DNA from: a virus
Lineage: Duplodnaviria; Caudoviricetes
Virus record (IMG/VR): IMGVR_UViG_3300032327_000792
Strand: one strand, 5' to 3'
DNA length: 64,000 nucleotides
The notes under the pieces were generated by a model. It made no database searches, was not told the DNA's origin, and was given only the letters and a program-made list of their open reading frames with translations. Shown here one piece after another: positions 1-9,047 of this stretch (positions within the stretch are counted from its first letter, which is position 1; each line of letters begins with the position of its first letter). Both the position numbers and the translations under genes were made by a program.

Positions 1-2
1 TT

Positions 3-173
3 GCCAACAAAGAATCAAGCAGTGACAATGAAATTGTGGACTTCAAAGCAGACCCAGAAAAGCTAGATAAATTTGCGCAACAACGCACAGGTATTACTGC
101 AACCGCCGGCGGTATCGAAGAGCCCAAAAAATTAGGGTCCGAAAAGACCCTTGGGCGCAAACGTCAACGATAA
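3..173 (+). CDS. 3' end of hypothetical protein (partial)
   Basis: Open frame ANKESSSDNE...LGRKRQR* from the window edge; its TAA abuts the clpP stop (TAATTA). Confidence 0.6.
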   Translation, partial: ANKESSSDNEIVDFKADPEKLDKFAQQRTGITATAGGIEEPKKLGSEKTLGRKRQR

Positions 174-764
174 TTATTTTTTCATATCACTGATGTAGTC
201 GCAGATGCCCAGTTCCAAAGCTTCTTCTGCACTGAGGTAAACATCATTGGCTGGCAACAACTTGGTCTTGATTGTTTCTTCGTTGAGTCCAGTGGTTTGT
301 TGATAGTGACGAATCATTCGTGTTTGTGCCAACCCAAATTCTTTTGTGATCGCAAAAAGTTCATGATGTTTGCCATCACTGCCCCACGAATACTGATGAC
401 TCAGAATACTGGTATTGGGTGTGAGAATTCTACGTCCGGGAGCGCCAGCCAAAAATATCAACAAACCGCAACTGGACACAGATCCCAATCCCACTGTTTT
501 GATTGGGATTGAACTGGCTTTCATCACATCAATCAAGGCAAACGCATCTTCCATTGATCCACCGGCACTGCAGATCATCAGCAGTAGCTCTTTTTTCTTT
601 TTCTTGGCCACATGATTTTCCACCAAAATCCACTCAATAATGGGCTTGATGGTTTCGCTAGCGACGTTGTCCATGAACACATACATGCCAGCATCTTGAA
701 GAAGCTCGCTGTGGTCTTTGTCTACAAAGTTAATGTCTTTTTCCAGGGGCATTGGGTGAACCAT
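174..764 (-). CDS. clpP: ATP-dependent Clp protease proteolytic subunit
   Basis: ICSAGGS, GLGSVSSCG (Ser), ILSHQ (His), NDVYLSAEEA (Asp): catalytic triad motifs; AAGGA RBS. Confidence 0.92.
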   Translation of the reverse strand: MVHPMPLEKDINFVDKDHSELLQDAGMYVFMDNVASETIKPIIEWILVENHVAKKKKKELLLMICSAGGSMEDAFALIDVMKASSIPIKTVGLGSVSSCGLLIFLAGAPGRRILTPNTSILSHQYSWGSDGKHHELFAITKEFGLAQTRMIRHYQQTTGLNEETIKTKLLPANDVYLSAEEALELGICDYISDMKK

Positions 765-836
765 GTTGTTTGTGTCCTTTAAGTATGTATATAATTATAC
801 TGTATTTTCCGGGCATCAACTAGTACTTATGGCGAA

Positions 837-1811
837 CTAGCAGTCTTTTTGTGACAGAATTTTTACCTCAATTCTATCCACTTGCTTCAACCTGTGTGTA
901 TCCTGCCCAAAATTCAATGAAAGATCGCCACCTACACGATATCCTGTGTCAAAAAACGGTGCTGTTTTGTGCCACATCAACAAGTATCTTGTGGGTTTGA
1001 CGAACCCGGTATTTTCAGGACTGATGGTAAATGCTTTACATTCTTTTTGTAATACTGCGCCATGACTGTCCACTGCGGTCAATCGTATTGTGGGTTGTTG
1101 TGTCGTTGCCTGTTGGTACACCCAGGCATTTTTGGCCGGATCACGAGTGAGTTTTAGCGTGTCATTGATTGCATCAACAAATCTAGAGTCCCATTGTATG
1201 GTTACATCAGTGGAAATTACGGCTCTGCGATATTCATCAAATTTGACTCGACTTTTGCCTACTTGGACATCAAAAGCTCTATGAGGATAGTCTTGCATCA
1301 CAGCATTGACCAGTCGATCACCTTGTTGCCGTTCATCCAACAATGTTTCAATTTGGGTGCCAATTCTATCACCCGGAACCTGTTGACTGTTGTGGCTTTG
1401 TCCCAACAGCCTGTGAGCCAGTTTGCTCTCGGCTACCCAAACACGCATTTTTAGTCTGACTCGGTTGCCCACATCCTGTTGTTCCAAGATTTCAAAGCGA
1501 TCAACAAATCCAGAACTGTAGTTGATGATTTCGTCACGCACCAGGCGTTGATTTTGTGTTTGAGTTTGGGTAGCAACCACTGATCCCACGGCTTGATTTA
1601 CTGCGGTGCGAAATCCTTCTAACCTAGCTTGTTCAACAGTGGCACCTTCTGAAACAACATCAACCTGTGTGTAATTCTGTTTGCCTGATCCTAGATTGAG
1701 TGCAATACGTATCACACTCAGCACCACACTGGCTGTGCTCATTGCAGGCGTTTGTGCTTGTGCTGGCCCAACGAGACTCAGCACAAGCATCAAGGCCACT
1801 AACTTGCGCAC
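837..1811 (-). CDS. Secreted protein with LPP20/FlgT-N-like domain
   Basis: Sec signal peptide (AQA); EGATVEQARLEGFRTAVNQAVG...SGFVDRFEIL resembles the LPP20/FlgT N-terminal module. Confidence 0.5.
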   Translation of the reverse strand: MRKLVALMLVLSLVGPAQAQTPAMSTASVVLSVIRIALNLGSGKQNYTQVDVVSEGATVEQARLEGFRTAVNQAVGSVVATQTQTQNQRLVRDEIINYSSGFVDRFEILEQQDVGNRVRLKMRVWVAESKLAHRLLGQSHNSQQVPGDRIGTQIETLLDERQQGDRLVNAVMQDYPHRAFDVQVGKSRVKFDEYRRAVISTDVTIQWDSRFVDAINDTLKLTRDPAKNAWVYQQATTQQPTIRLTAVDSHGAVLQKECKAFTISPENTGFVKPTRYLLMWHKTAPFFDTGYRVGGDLSLNFGQDTHRLKQVDRIEVKILSQKDC

Positions 1812-1813
1812 TG

Positions 1814-2491
1814 TTACATTGCCATCAAGTTACGCAATACCGGACGTGCAGCATTGCTCTTGCGATCCCAACGATATACTGCACGCACATTCTTGCCGTC
1901 GTTGATTACTTCACCTTCTACCAAATACAATCCACCCAAAATACCACGATTGTTTACTGTGATAGTGGTTCGAACCTGACTGGCAATACGCAATGCATCG
2001 TTGCGAACAGCAGTGTTTTCTTCGCGATTGAGTTCGCCCTTGACTTCTTCATCTGACGTTTCTTCAGCAACTATGTCGCGACTTTTGTTTGTGGCAAACT
2101 TGTTGGTTTTGTTGTCTTTGGCCTGTTCCAAGTTCTTGGAAATCATGGCCACTGAAGTTGTGCTGGCAATTGACTCTTGGTTGATAAAGTCATTCAAACT
2201 TTTCTTTGCTTCAAGTTCAGCCACACGGAATGCTTCGCGAGAGGCATTTTGACTGTTGCCCCACACAGGCGCATAGCCAGTGGTTTCAATTGATTCTACT
2301 TCGCCGCCCAAGGTGTAAGTAACTCTCACACCAAGACGTTTAAAGTCATTGCTGAGTCTTTGTTCCGAGATTGCTTGTTGTGTGCCTGTGGGCAAAGAGG
2401 TACCCGGGCCCATGTTGGATACTTTGGTTGAACTACACGCACCCAATCCTAACGTAGCCAAAATAGCTACTGCCAATACAGTTTGTTTCAT
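1814..2491 (-). CDS. LPP20-like lipoprotein
   Basis: Lipobox LGAC; AFRVAELEAKKSL helix followed by a beta strand pattern. Confidence 0.55.
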   Translation of the reverse strand: MKQTVLAVAILATLGLGACSSTKVSNMGPGTSLPTGTQQAISEQRLSNDFKRLGVRVTYTLGGEVESIETTGYAPVWGNSQNASREAFRVAELEAKKSLNDFINQESIASTTSVAMISKNLEQAKDNKTNKFATNKSRDIVAEETSDEEVKGELNREENTAVRNDALRIASQVRTTITVNNRGILGGLYLVEGEVINDGKNVRAVYRWDRKSNAARPVLRNLMAM

Positions 2492-2524
2492 TTTGATTCC
2501 TTCATTAAAAAATCCAGTATGTGT

Positions 2525-2553
2525 AATTTAACACAATACTGGATTCTAGTCAA
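2525..2553 (-). promoter_or_regulatory. sigma70-type early promoter
   Basis: TTGACT-17 nt-TAAATT upstream of the lipoprotein; GGTTGACTAGAAT resembles the promoters at 34.7 and 35.2 kb. Confidence 0.55.
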
Positions 2554-2579
2554 CCGGGTCAAAACCCGTTCAAAATCAA

Positions 2580-2834
2580 TTACTTGCTTGTTGTTGCTTT
2601 TTTCAAGTTTGATTGAGCTTGTTCGGCGGCTGTTTGGAAAGCCTTGCCAAATGACTTGGCAGCAACCAAATTAGCACGAGCAAAGTTTGCGTTTGCGGCG
2701 TTCAATGTCAACAATGTTTCTTTGATCTCTGCCTGTGGCAAATATGTCAATACTGATGCCACTGACTTTTCTGTTTGGTCTACGATTGCGTCTACGTTGA
2801 ACATCTGTTCGATTTGTTTTGTAAATTGTTCCAT
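2580..2834 (-). CDS. Small amphipathic helical protein (weakly phasin-like)
   Basis: Start moved to MEQFTK (AAGGAGA RBS); 84 aa, Ala-rich, helical. Confidence 0.6.
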   Translation of the reverse strand: MEQFTKQIEQMFNVDAIVDQTEKSVASVLTYLPQAEIKETLLTLNAANANFARANLVAAKSFGKAFQTAAEQAQSNLKKATTSK

Positions 2835-2919
2835 TTTGCTTCTCCTTGAGTTTAAGCGAGTTTTAAAGTTGCTACTGCCCGACCTATTCGGCACAGTATT
2901 TCTTTAACAACTTTATTTA
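2835..2919 (-). ncRNA. ROSE-like RNA thermometer leader, copy 1
   Basis: TAAATA, then stem TACTG-TGCCGA..TCGGG-CAGTA, then CTCGCTT-AAACTC-AAGGAG (UCGCU opposite the SD, bulged G). Confidence 0.65.
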
Positions 2920-2934
2920 TCAAGTTTAACAGAC

Positions 2935-2957
2935 TTTATGTTGCTTTGCAACATAAA
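2935..2957. terminator. Perfect 10-bp hairpin downstream of the desaturase
   Basis: TTTATGTTGC-TTT-GCAACATAAA; weak U-tract on the minus strand. Confidence 0.4.
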
Positions 2958-2973
2958 TTTACACCTTTTTTGA

Positions 2974-3690
2974 CTATTTTGGCAAAACTGCTCTGGGTTT
3001 TGCAAGCCCTAAAGTTTCAAGTATGCGTATATACATCCAACCAATATCAAACTCCCACCAACGCTGACTAAACTTTGGATTTGCACCATCTGCATGGTGT
3101 CCATTGTGTAACTCCTCACCGCCGATCCAGAACGCCCAGGGAATCAAATTGGTTGAAGTATCTGGTGTATTGGTATTTCTATATCCCCACCAATGTGCTA
3201 GACCGTTGATAACTCCGGCTGCCCAAAATGGTACCCAAATCATCTGAATACCCCAAATTACAAACCCCCACCAACCAAACAAAGCTAGATTGATCAACAA
3301 CATAATCGAGATACCCAGACGGCTATGCTTGCTGTAGATGTTGCGTTCCGCCCAATCATCAGGAGTACCAATGCCTAGTCGTTCAACCATGTCACGGTCT
3401 TTGCTGGCTTCGTGATACAAAAACGCACCACTAAACAACACACGCTTGATACCGTGTATTTGTGGTGAGTGCGGATCTCCTTCTTGATCACTGCGTTGAT
3501 GGTGCCGGCGGTGTATAGCTACCCACTGTTTTGTCACCATGCCTGTGGTTAGCCAAAGCCAAGCTCGCATAAAATGATTAACTGCTGGGTGAAATGTCAC
3601 TGCCTTGTGAGTTTGTGATCTATGTAAGTATAGAGTAACACAGGCTATAGTGATTTGTACCATCACCAAGGTATAGATTAGTTCAGTCAT
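2974..3690 (-). CDS. Membrane fatty acid (acyl-CoA/acyl-lipid delta-9-type) desaturase
   Basis: Three His boxes HRSQTH, HRRHH, HNGHH; hydrophobic segments; WWEFDIGW motif. Confidence 0.9.
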   Translation of the reverse strand: MTELIYTLVMVQITIACVTLYLHRSQTHKAVTFHPAVNHFMRAWLWLTTGMVTKQWVAIHRRHHQRSDQEGDPHSPQIHGIKRVLFSGAFLYHEASKDRDMVERLGIGTPDDWAERNIYSKHSRLGISIMLLINLALFGWWGFVIWGIQMIWVPFWAAGVINGLAHWWGYRNTNTPDTSTNLIPWAFWIGGEELHNGHHADGANPKFSQRWWEFDIGWMYIRILETLGLAKPRAVLPK

Positions 3691-3693
3691 ATG

Positions 3694-4239
3694 TTACTTA
3701 GCAACTGGCCAGCTGTTTTCCAATAACTTGGTAAAGATATTGCGGTTTATTGAAGCAAACTCTTTGCCCACTGAAATCATGCTAGGCGGAGGTAATTCCA
3801 CATTGACATCGCCGTCGCCGTCTTGATTGTGTATTGCCAACTGATATTTTTTGCACAAATGCTGTATGGGCTGGTTCCAGCTCAAACAATGCAGACACAG
3901 TCTTGAGTATCTGCGATTCTGTGCCCAGGTAATGCCTTCATCCATCAAGCGATCAGCAATGCCTTGACCACGATGTTCAGGGTCAACAATAAACCCAAAC
4001 TCAACGTCTGAAGCAGATTGTGTGGCCATATGCAATACTCCCAACCAACTTTCGTGATCAAACGCCACCAAAAAATGATGTTGGTCTGAATTTTTACAGA
4101 TGCGACTCACTAGATTGTTAACGAATTCTGGTTTTACAGGAATTCCAAAGTAAGTTTTCAACGTTTCTGAATCTTGGCGCAACAACCACTCTTTGTACAA
4201 AGGATAGTCTTGTTGCGGCAGAAACATTGTGGTAATCAT
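3694..4239 (-). CDS. GNAT family acetyltransferase
   Basis: EFGFIVDPEHRGQGIADRLM acetyl-CoA binding motif A. Confidence 0.85.
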   Translation of the reverse strand: MITTMFLPQQDYPLYKEWLLRQDSETLKTYFGIPVKPEFVNNLVSRICKNSDQHHFLVAFDHESWLGVLHMATQSASDVEFGFIVDPEHRGQGIADRLMDEGITWAQNRRYSRLCLHCLSWNQPIQHLCKKYQLAIHNQDGDGDVNVELPPPSMISVGKEFASINRNIFTKLLENSWPVAK

Positions 4240-4331
4240 TTTTGTTTTTTGTCTTTGTATGCCAAGTATGCGTTACGACCTTCAATCCATGCTTCCAGCA
4301 TGTCTACTAGATATTTTTGTACGGCTTTCAT
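4236..4331 (-). CDS. Small hypothetical protein (31 aa)
   Basis: MKAVQKYLVDMLEAWIEGRNAYLAYKDKKQK; TAAATA, 8-bp hairpin (GTATAAAC/GTTTATAC) and AAAGGA upstream; ATGA overlap with the GNAT gene. Confidence 0.55.
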   Translation of the reverse strand: MKAVQKYLVDMLEAWIEGRNAYLAYKDKKQK

Positions 4332-4480
4332 TTTGCGAATTCCTTTGGGTAATGTATAAACTCGTGGTTTATACTGATATATTTATCGTAAAATGTGCAG
4401 ATGCACAAATTATGACTTGATTCTGTCCTCTTTTAGCCCATTTGGATAATATAGGGTTAAATACATGCAAGGAGATTTAT

Positions 4481-4705
4481 ATGTTAAACTTTATCAAGAA
4501 ACTTTTTGGCACAGAAAAATCAGCAGAAACAACAACCGAAGTCAAAGGTGTTGAAGCCAAAACTACGTTGGAATTTCATGAAGAAATCAAGCAACAGGTA
4601 GAAGCTCAGCCTTTTCCGATAGCCAAAGAAAAACCGGCAGCTAAAAAAGCCCCGGCCAAAGCTACGGCTAAAAAAGCACCAGCTCGTAAATCAAAAAAAC
4701 AGTAA
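4481..4705 (+). CDS. Small protein with histone H1-like PAKKA tail
   Basis: C-terminus KPAAKKAPAKATAKKAPARKSKKQ; TAAATA and GGAGA RBS before the ATG at 4481. Confidence 0.7.
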   Translation: MLNFIKKLFGTEKSAETTTEVKGVEAKTTLEFHEEIKQQVEAQPFPIAKEKPAAKKAPAKATAKKAPARKSKKQ

Positions 4706-4990
4706 TTTAATCAAGGCCACTGTGTCCACTGCCACTAGGAAGGCATAGTTGGCCAACCCCCCTAGACTGTTGCGAGTCCATAATGCCCAGGCAAATATGG
4801 CACTGCTGGCCACAGTCAAACTCAAGAACCAAATAAACGGTACGTTGGGTACTGTCCACATAAACATGATGTTGGCTGCTACGCTCATAGTCCAGCCTAG
4901 GATTTCCACAACACACCGAACAGGATGTTCGCGATAGTCTCGAGCTATCCACCCAAAGATATCGTTAAGCACGTTGCTTCCACTGATCAT
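4691..4990 (-). CDS. Small multi-pass membrane protein
   Basis: Three hydrophobic segments in 99 aa. Confidence 0.6.
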   Translation of the reverse strand: MISGSNVLNDIFGWIARDYREHPVRCVVEILGWTMSVAANIMFMWTVPNVPFIWFLSLTVASSAIFAWALWTRNSLGGLANYAFLVAVDTVALIKLLFF

Positions 4991-5996
4991 ACAACATTTG
5001 AGATGCTAAATTTTTACCCTTAGCTTCGCATTGAATATCAAAGTCCGGGGAGAAAGTCAATGCCCAATCATTCACAGCAGAGTTCCACATAAAGTCAGAA
5101 TGTGCTCGGATTTTTTGTTTTTTCAAGCCTTGAGCAAGAAGTGATTCAAGATCTGGCCTAGTTCGGGTACAATGATCAACAAGAACATCTTCGCGACTAA
5201 CACTGTAATGCATAGCAGGGCGCACACCACGCCAACTGTCAATAACCCTCCGAACACGATCATCCTGCGGATCGATATATTCGCCCGTGTGGACCCAGTG
5301 ATGATGTATATCCAATACAAGAGCGACATGCTCGCCCACAGCAAGAGTAGTGTCCAGACCATTTGTTATTTCGTCATTTTCTATAGTTATGAGATTGCGA
5401 GCCTCGGGTGACAGTTTTTGTAATGTACGCAAGAACTTTTCGGCACCGCCTTTGCCACTCAGGTGCACATTGATCTTGAATCCATGATCATGCCATGATG
5501 CACCATAGCCCATCCAACGTGCCATATCTGCGTGATATTCAAATTCTGCAATACTGCGTTCCACAATACCGTCATTGGCCGAAGCCAACACACAAAATTG
5601 TCCCGGATGAAAGCTCAGTCTAACGTCCAGTCTGCGTGCAGTTTCACCTATGGGTGCAAAAATCTTCTCTAGATGATCCTGTATTGCTCTATCTTGCCAC
5701 CAATCAATCCAGCTGGCTTCGGTATAACCTTGTAGCATTTCACTACCCAGTCGAACCATTCTACGCTCAGGCGGCAATGTGGCCACACGCTCAATCATTT
5801 TGACAGCCGCTGTGGCATTGTGGTTCATAATGTCCCACTGACGTTGTTCAGCCTCTAGTGGATGTTCGCGTAACCAACGCATGGTAGTTGAACGCCCGTT
5901 AAGGTCTCGATCCACGGCATTGACTTTCATACCACCGCATTCAGAAGGGTCATTGAGCCATTTGCAACAGAAGCCAAATCGATTAAGTGTAGTCAT
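4965..5996 (-). CDS. uvsE: UV damage endonuclease (UVDE)
   Basis: RLSFHPGQFCVLAS, ITIENDE, VLDIHHH, HYS, RAHSD, EAKGKNLA motifs. Confidence 0.92.
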   Translation of the reverse strand: MTTLNRFGFCCKWLNDPSECGGMKVNAVDRDLNGRSTTMRWLREHPLEAEQRQWDIMNHNATAAVKMIERVATLPPERRMVRLGSEMLQGYTEASWIDWWQDRAIQDHLEKIFAPIGETARRLDVRLSFHPGQFCVLASANDGIVERSIAEFEYHADMARWMGYGASWHDHGFKINVHLSGKGGAEKFLRTLQKLSPEARNLITIENDEITNGLDTTLAVGEHVALVLDIHHHWVHTGEYIDPQDDRVRRVIDSWRGVRPAMHYSVSREDVLVDHCTRTRPDLESLLAQGLKKQKIRAHSDFMWNSAVNDWALTFSPDFDIQCEAKGKNLASQMLYDQWKQRA

Positions 5997-6002
5997 ACAA
6001 GC

Positions 6003-6031
6003 ATTATATACACAATGCCTTTATGTGTCAA
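6003..6031 (-). promoter_or_regulatory. Consensus sigma70 promoter for uvsE
   Basis: TTGACA-17 nt-TATAAT, perfect consensus. Confidence 0.8.
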
Positions 6032-6585
6032 CTGACCAGGAGTTTCAGCACACTGGCCAGTGAATCTTGTGTGATATTTGGTAAATCTTTGAGTTCTAGC
6101 ATGAGTTCGGGCGTGTGATCAATCAGAACCCATTGTACCTGACTGTTTTCTGCTATGGCTTGCTTGATCAACGTTCTATAATTTTGAGCACGGTGTTCTT
6201 GTAACCGATCTGGATTTTTTGGTCGAGGTTGCCAATCAAAACCCAACAACAACACAAGATCACTTTGACTGCCTGCTAAGTGCATGGCAATGATTTCTTC
6301 TTTGTTTTCTAAATCTAGTTCGGTGGTTCCGTCATACAATTTTACTGCGGTTGGATGATCCAGTCGTTGATATATGGTGTTAGGTATATAAAAATTACAG
6401 CCTTCATTGAATTTTCTAACCAGCAATGATTGAGCACGATCAAAGTCATTGCAGATCACATTGTCGGTGCCACAACTACGCCATGTTTGCCACCCACCCC
6501 AAAACGGGCCAATTTCTTTGAGTTTGGCAAGATCAAGTTCTGGATCTGGAATCAGTCCATTGGCCAGTATCCAACTGATGTTCAT
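6028..6585 (-). CDS. Hypothetical protein, possibly GT42/MptE-like Rossmann fold
   Basis: N-terminal WILANG and VLLLGFD motifs resemble the IGNGPS...LLGFD families. Confidence 0.4.
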   Translation of the reverse strand: MNISWILANGLIPDPELDLAKLKEIGPFWGGWQTWRSCGTDNVICNDFDRAQSLLVRKFNEGCNFYIPNTIYQRLDHPTAVKLYDGTTELDLENKEEIIAMHLAGSQSDLVLLLGFDWQPRPKNPDRLQEHRAQNYRTLIKQAIAENSQVQWVLIDHTPELMLELKDLPNITQDSLASVLKLLVS

Positions 6586-7625
6586 TCAACCGCCCGGATT
6601 ATCTTCCACTTGAATCCACCCAGACACTGCCATGCAAACACATTGTCGTTTATGCTGGGATTGGCGTTGAATACCACATCGCCCTTGGTGCCAGCATAGT
6701 TTGGTACTTCTGTACCATGACTGATTCTGTGTACTCCTACCCGCAATTTTTTAACAGCAGTGACACCATCAATGTCAATTTCCACTGCCGGGGTACGGTT
6801 AACACCTAGCACAAGATTTTGTGATCGTCCTGTGCCAATGTAGGCTGACCGGTCTTTGAACTTGCCTGCTAGGATGGAAACTTCTTCGTCCCACACACTC
6901 AAGGCCATTTCTGGTTCTTGAGTATTGATTCCTACTCGCTTGTTGAGCACACTCACAGTGTTGTAGATATGTGCTTCTCCGGCAACTGTTAATTCTTTGA
7001 GTTCGCCCACTGACTGTAAATTGCTGTTGGTAATTTTTCTTGACAGTGTGTCTCCGACCACTACACGTACCCCGTCAATCTGAACCTGGGCAAAATCAAT
7101 ACCATTTTCACGTATTTTATTTTCTACATCCGTAACCAATGATTCTCGCCATTCTGTGTTTAAACGATCAAGAGTTTTTTTGCTAATATCTTCGCTGAGT
7201 GTTTGCCATGCATGGTTGTCAGTGTTGATTGATCCTGTGACAGTGAGTTCTTTGATTCGAGCCGACGTGACCACTTCTATTCTGTTGGCGGTCAAACAAT
7301 GCTCAACCACAACGTTTTCATCTAACACAGTTAACTCAGGATTGTGAGCATGATCTTGTATGCCGGGCGTATGCAATCTTGCAGCAACTCGGCTGTCCAA
7401 ATCACTCATGTTTTCGTCTACACGTTGCTGAATCAATCCTCCAACATCAACAGAGCTTAACCCAGCAACAACTCGGCGAACCATTGCTTGATTGACCAGT
7501 TGTTCAATTTTTTCTACCCACGCTGGATCTGTGCCAAGATGTTGAATGGTGTTTACTACTTGATCATTGATGGATTTTTCAATCTGTTCTTCGACTAATT
7601 TATTTAGAGCTGTTTGGTCAAGCAT
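6582..7625 (-). CDS. Hypothetical protein (possibly structural)
   Basis: 347-aa ORF coupled to neighbours; beta-rich C-terminus (KGDVVFNANP...WQCLG). Confidence 0.6.
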   Translation of the reverse strand: MLDQTALNKLVEEQIEKSINDQVVNTIQHLGTDPAWVEKIEQLVNQAMVRRVVAGLSSVDVGGLIQQRVDENMSDLDSRVAARLHTPGIQDHAHNPELTVLDENVVVEHCLTANRIEVVTSARIKELTVTGSINTDNHAWQTLSEDISKKTLDRLNTEWRESLVTDVENKIRENGIDFAQVQIDGVRVVVGDTLSRKITNSNLQSVGELKELTVAGEAHIYNTVSVLNKRVGINTQEPEMALSVWDEEVSILAGKFKDRSAYIGTGRSQNLVLGVNRTPAVEIDIDGVTAVKKLRVGVHRISHGTEVPNYAGTKGDVVFNANPSINDNVFAWQCLGGFKWKIIRAVE

Positions 7626-8532
7626 GTTTTCTCCGGGTATCTAATGTCACACAATGAAATCCACCGCCCAGTGTACGACTGTGCCTGAGTTCCAACGGAA
7701 TGACTGCAAATTTGTGTTGTTCCAACAATTGAATCAACTGTGTCTGATGTCGATCTACTATCACTGTGTGCGGATCTAGTACCAACATATTTAAGGCAAT
7801 CCATTTTGATGCATAAGGATATTGATAGAATCCTTGAGGCACTACTTCATCGACATAAATTTTTGTCCAACTATCAAACGCTCTAGGGCAATTTGATTCA
7901 TTGACTCGGTGTCCATTCAACAACACCAGTCCTTCTCGTAAAGGAACAATGGTTGAATCAATGTGTACACCGGCATAAAAATTGCATAATTCAATGTTGA
8001 TCTCTGGAAACTGTTCACGCAGCCAATCATAAGCCGTACGATTGCCCGAATAACTTTCTAGGAACAACCAAGTATCACCAAGCCTACAAATGTTGGCGGC
8101 ATCTAGTATCATGCCTGAATTTTTGGGCATGATCACGGGTTCGTACCCAACCCAGGCATGTTCCAACGATCCAAATTCTTGATTCCGGCACGGATACATC
8201 ATTGATACATCAACTATCTTTTTGCCAGCAATCAACACCCGGTCACGTGGGCAATAGCCGTACATACCGTTGCGTTTGACATAATTGTAGGGTTGTGGTC
8301 TGTGTACCACTGCACCATAATCTCGGCAGACTTTTGCCAAGGCATTAAGGTCTTCATTGGCTTCGTCCACAATCCATTGTGGCACCGGCCCACTGGGCAC
8401 AGGAGTTTCTGTCCAAAGAGTTTTTTTTGATTCTTCAGCAAACACAGGGTCAGTTGTGGGCCAATTGGCATAGTCAGCACGGCCAACCACTACTTCCTCC
8501 AATGGATCCCATTCGTTTCTGCTGTCAATCAT
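7618..8532 (-). CDS. Amidinotransferase, StrB1 (inosamine-phosphate)/glycine amidinotransferase family
   Basis: NEWDPLEEVVVG, CPRD, DAANICRLG, HIDSTIVPL, HSRTLGGGFHCVTLD; start moved to MIDS (ATGA overlap). Confidence 0.88.
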   Translation of the reverse strand: MIDSRNEWDPLEEVVVGRADYANWPTTDPVFAEESKKTLWTETPVPSGPVPQWIVDEANEDLNALAKVCRDYGAVVHRPQPYNYVKRNGMYGYCPRDRVLIAGKKIVDVSMMYPCRNQEFGSLEHAWVGYEPVIMPKNSGMILDAANICRLGDTWLFLESYSGNRTAYDWLREQFPEINIELCNFYAGVHIDSTIVPLREGLVLLNGHRVNESNCPRAFDSWTKIYVDEVVPQGFYQYPYASKWIALNMLVLDPHTVIVDRHQTQLIQLLEQHKFAVIPLELRHSRTLGGGFHCVTLDTRRKHA

Positions 8533-9047
8533 AGATGTCCTGTGATTTGCAAAGTATATCTTGGTTGTAATCCAATGTTGGCTGCCATGTGCGGAGTGTC
8601 GTGGATCCACTCAACCACTTGCCCTGCTTGCCAGTCAACTATCGGACGATCCATGACTTCAAGATAATGACCAGATTTCCAATCCTCCAACAATACCAGA
8701 GCACGACGTATGAGATGCTCCTGGCCAGCAAGATCAAATAGCTCAATGTAACGTCGATATAGGTCGCTGTGAACTGGCATTACTGTTCCAGTATCCATAC
8801 GATAATAAGAAACGCCAATGTCTTTCCATCCTAGATCAGCATAGTATTCAACAAAATGATGATTCCAACTAGGTAGTCTGTGGCGCATGTCTGCCATGGC
8901 TCCGCATATCTTGGATTGATATCCTTGGCTGATCCACTGGTTGACACTAACAGGATCATTAAAAGGCTCATAGATATAATTGAGCCCTTTGAACTCATCA
9001 TCCCAAAATACTTCTAGGTTATATTCACTGATTGCGTGTGTTACCAT
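8529..9047 (-). CDS. 2OG-Fe(II) oxygenase/cupin-like hydroxylase
   Basis: MPVHSD (HxD) ... DTPHMAAN ... RYTLQITG facial-triad pattern. Confidence 0.7.
   Translation of the reverse strand: MVTHAISEYNLEVFWDDEFKGLNYIYEPFNDPVSVNQWISQGYQSKICGAMADMRHRLPSWNHHFVEYYADLGWKDIGVSYYRMDTGTVMPVHSDLYRRYIELFDLAGQEHLIRRALVLLEDWKSGHYLEVMDRPIVDWQAGQVVEWIHDTPHMAANIGLQPRYTLQITGHL

Noticed and set aside
2835-2894. Longer 104-aa start (MPNRSG...)
   Set aside because: Extension runs through the structured leader; strong RBS marks ATG 2834
8533-8610. N-terminal extension of the amidinotransferase ORF
   Set aside because: Overlaps the oxygenase gene; family N-terminus and ATGA coupling indicate start 8532
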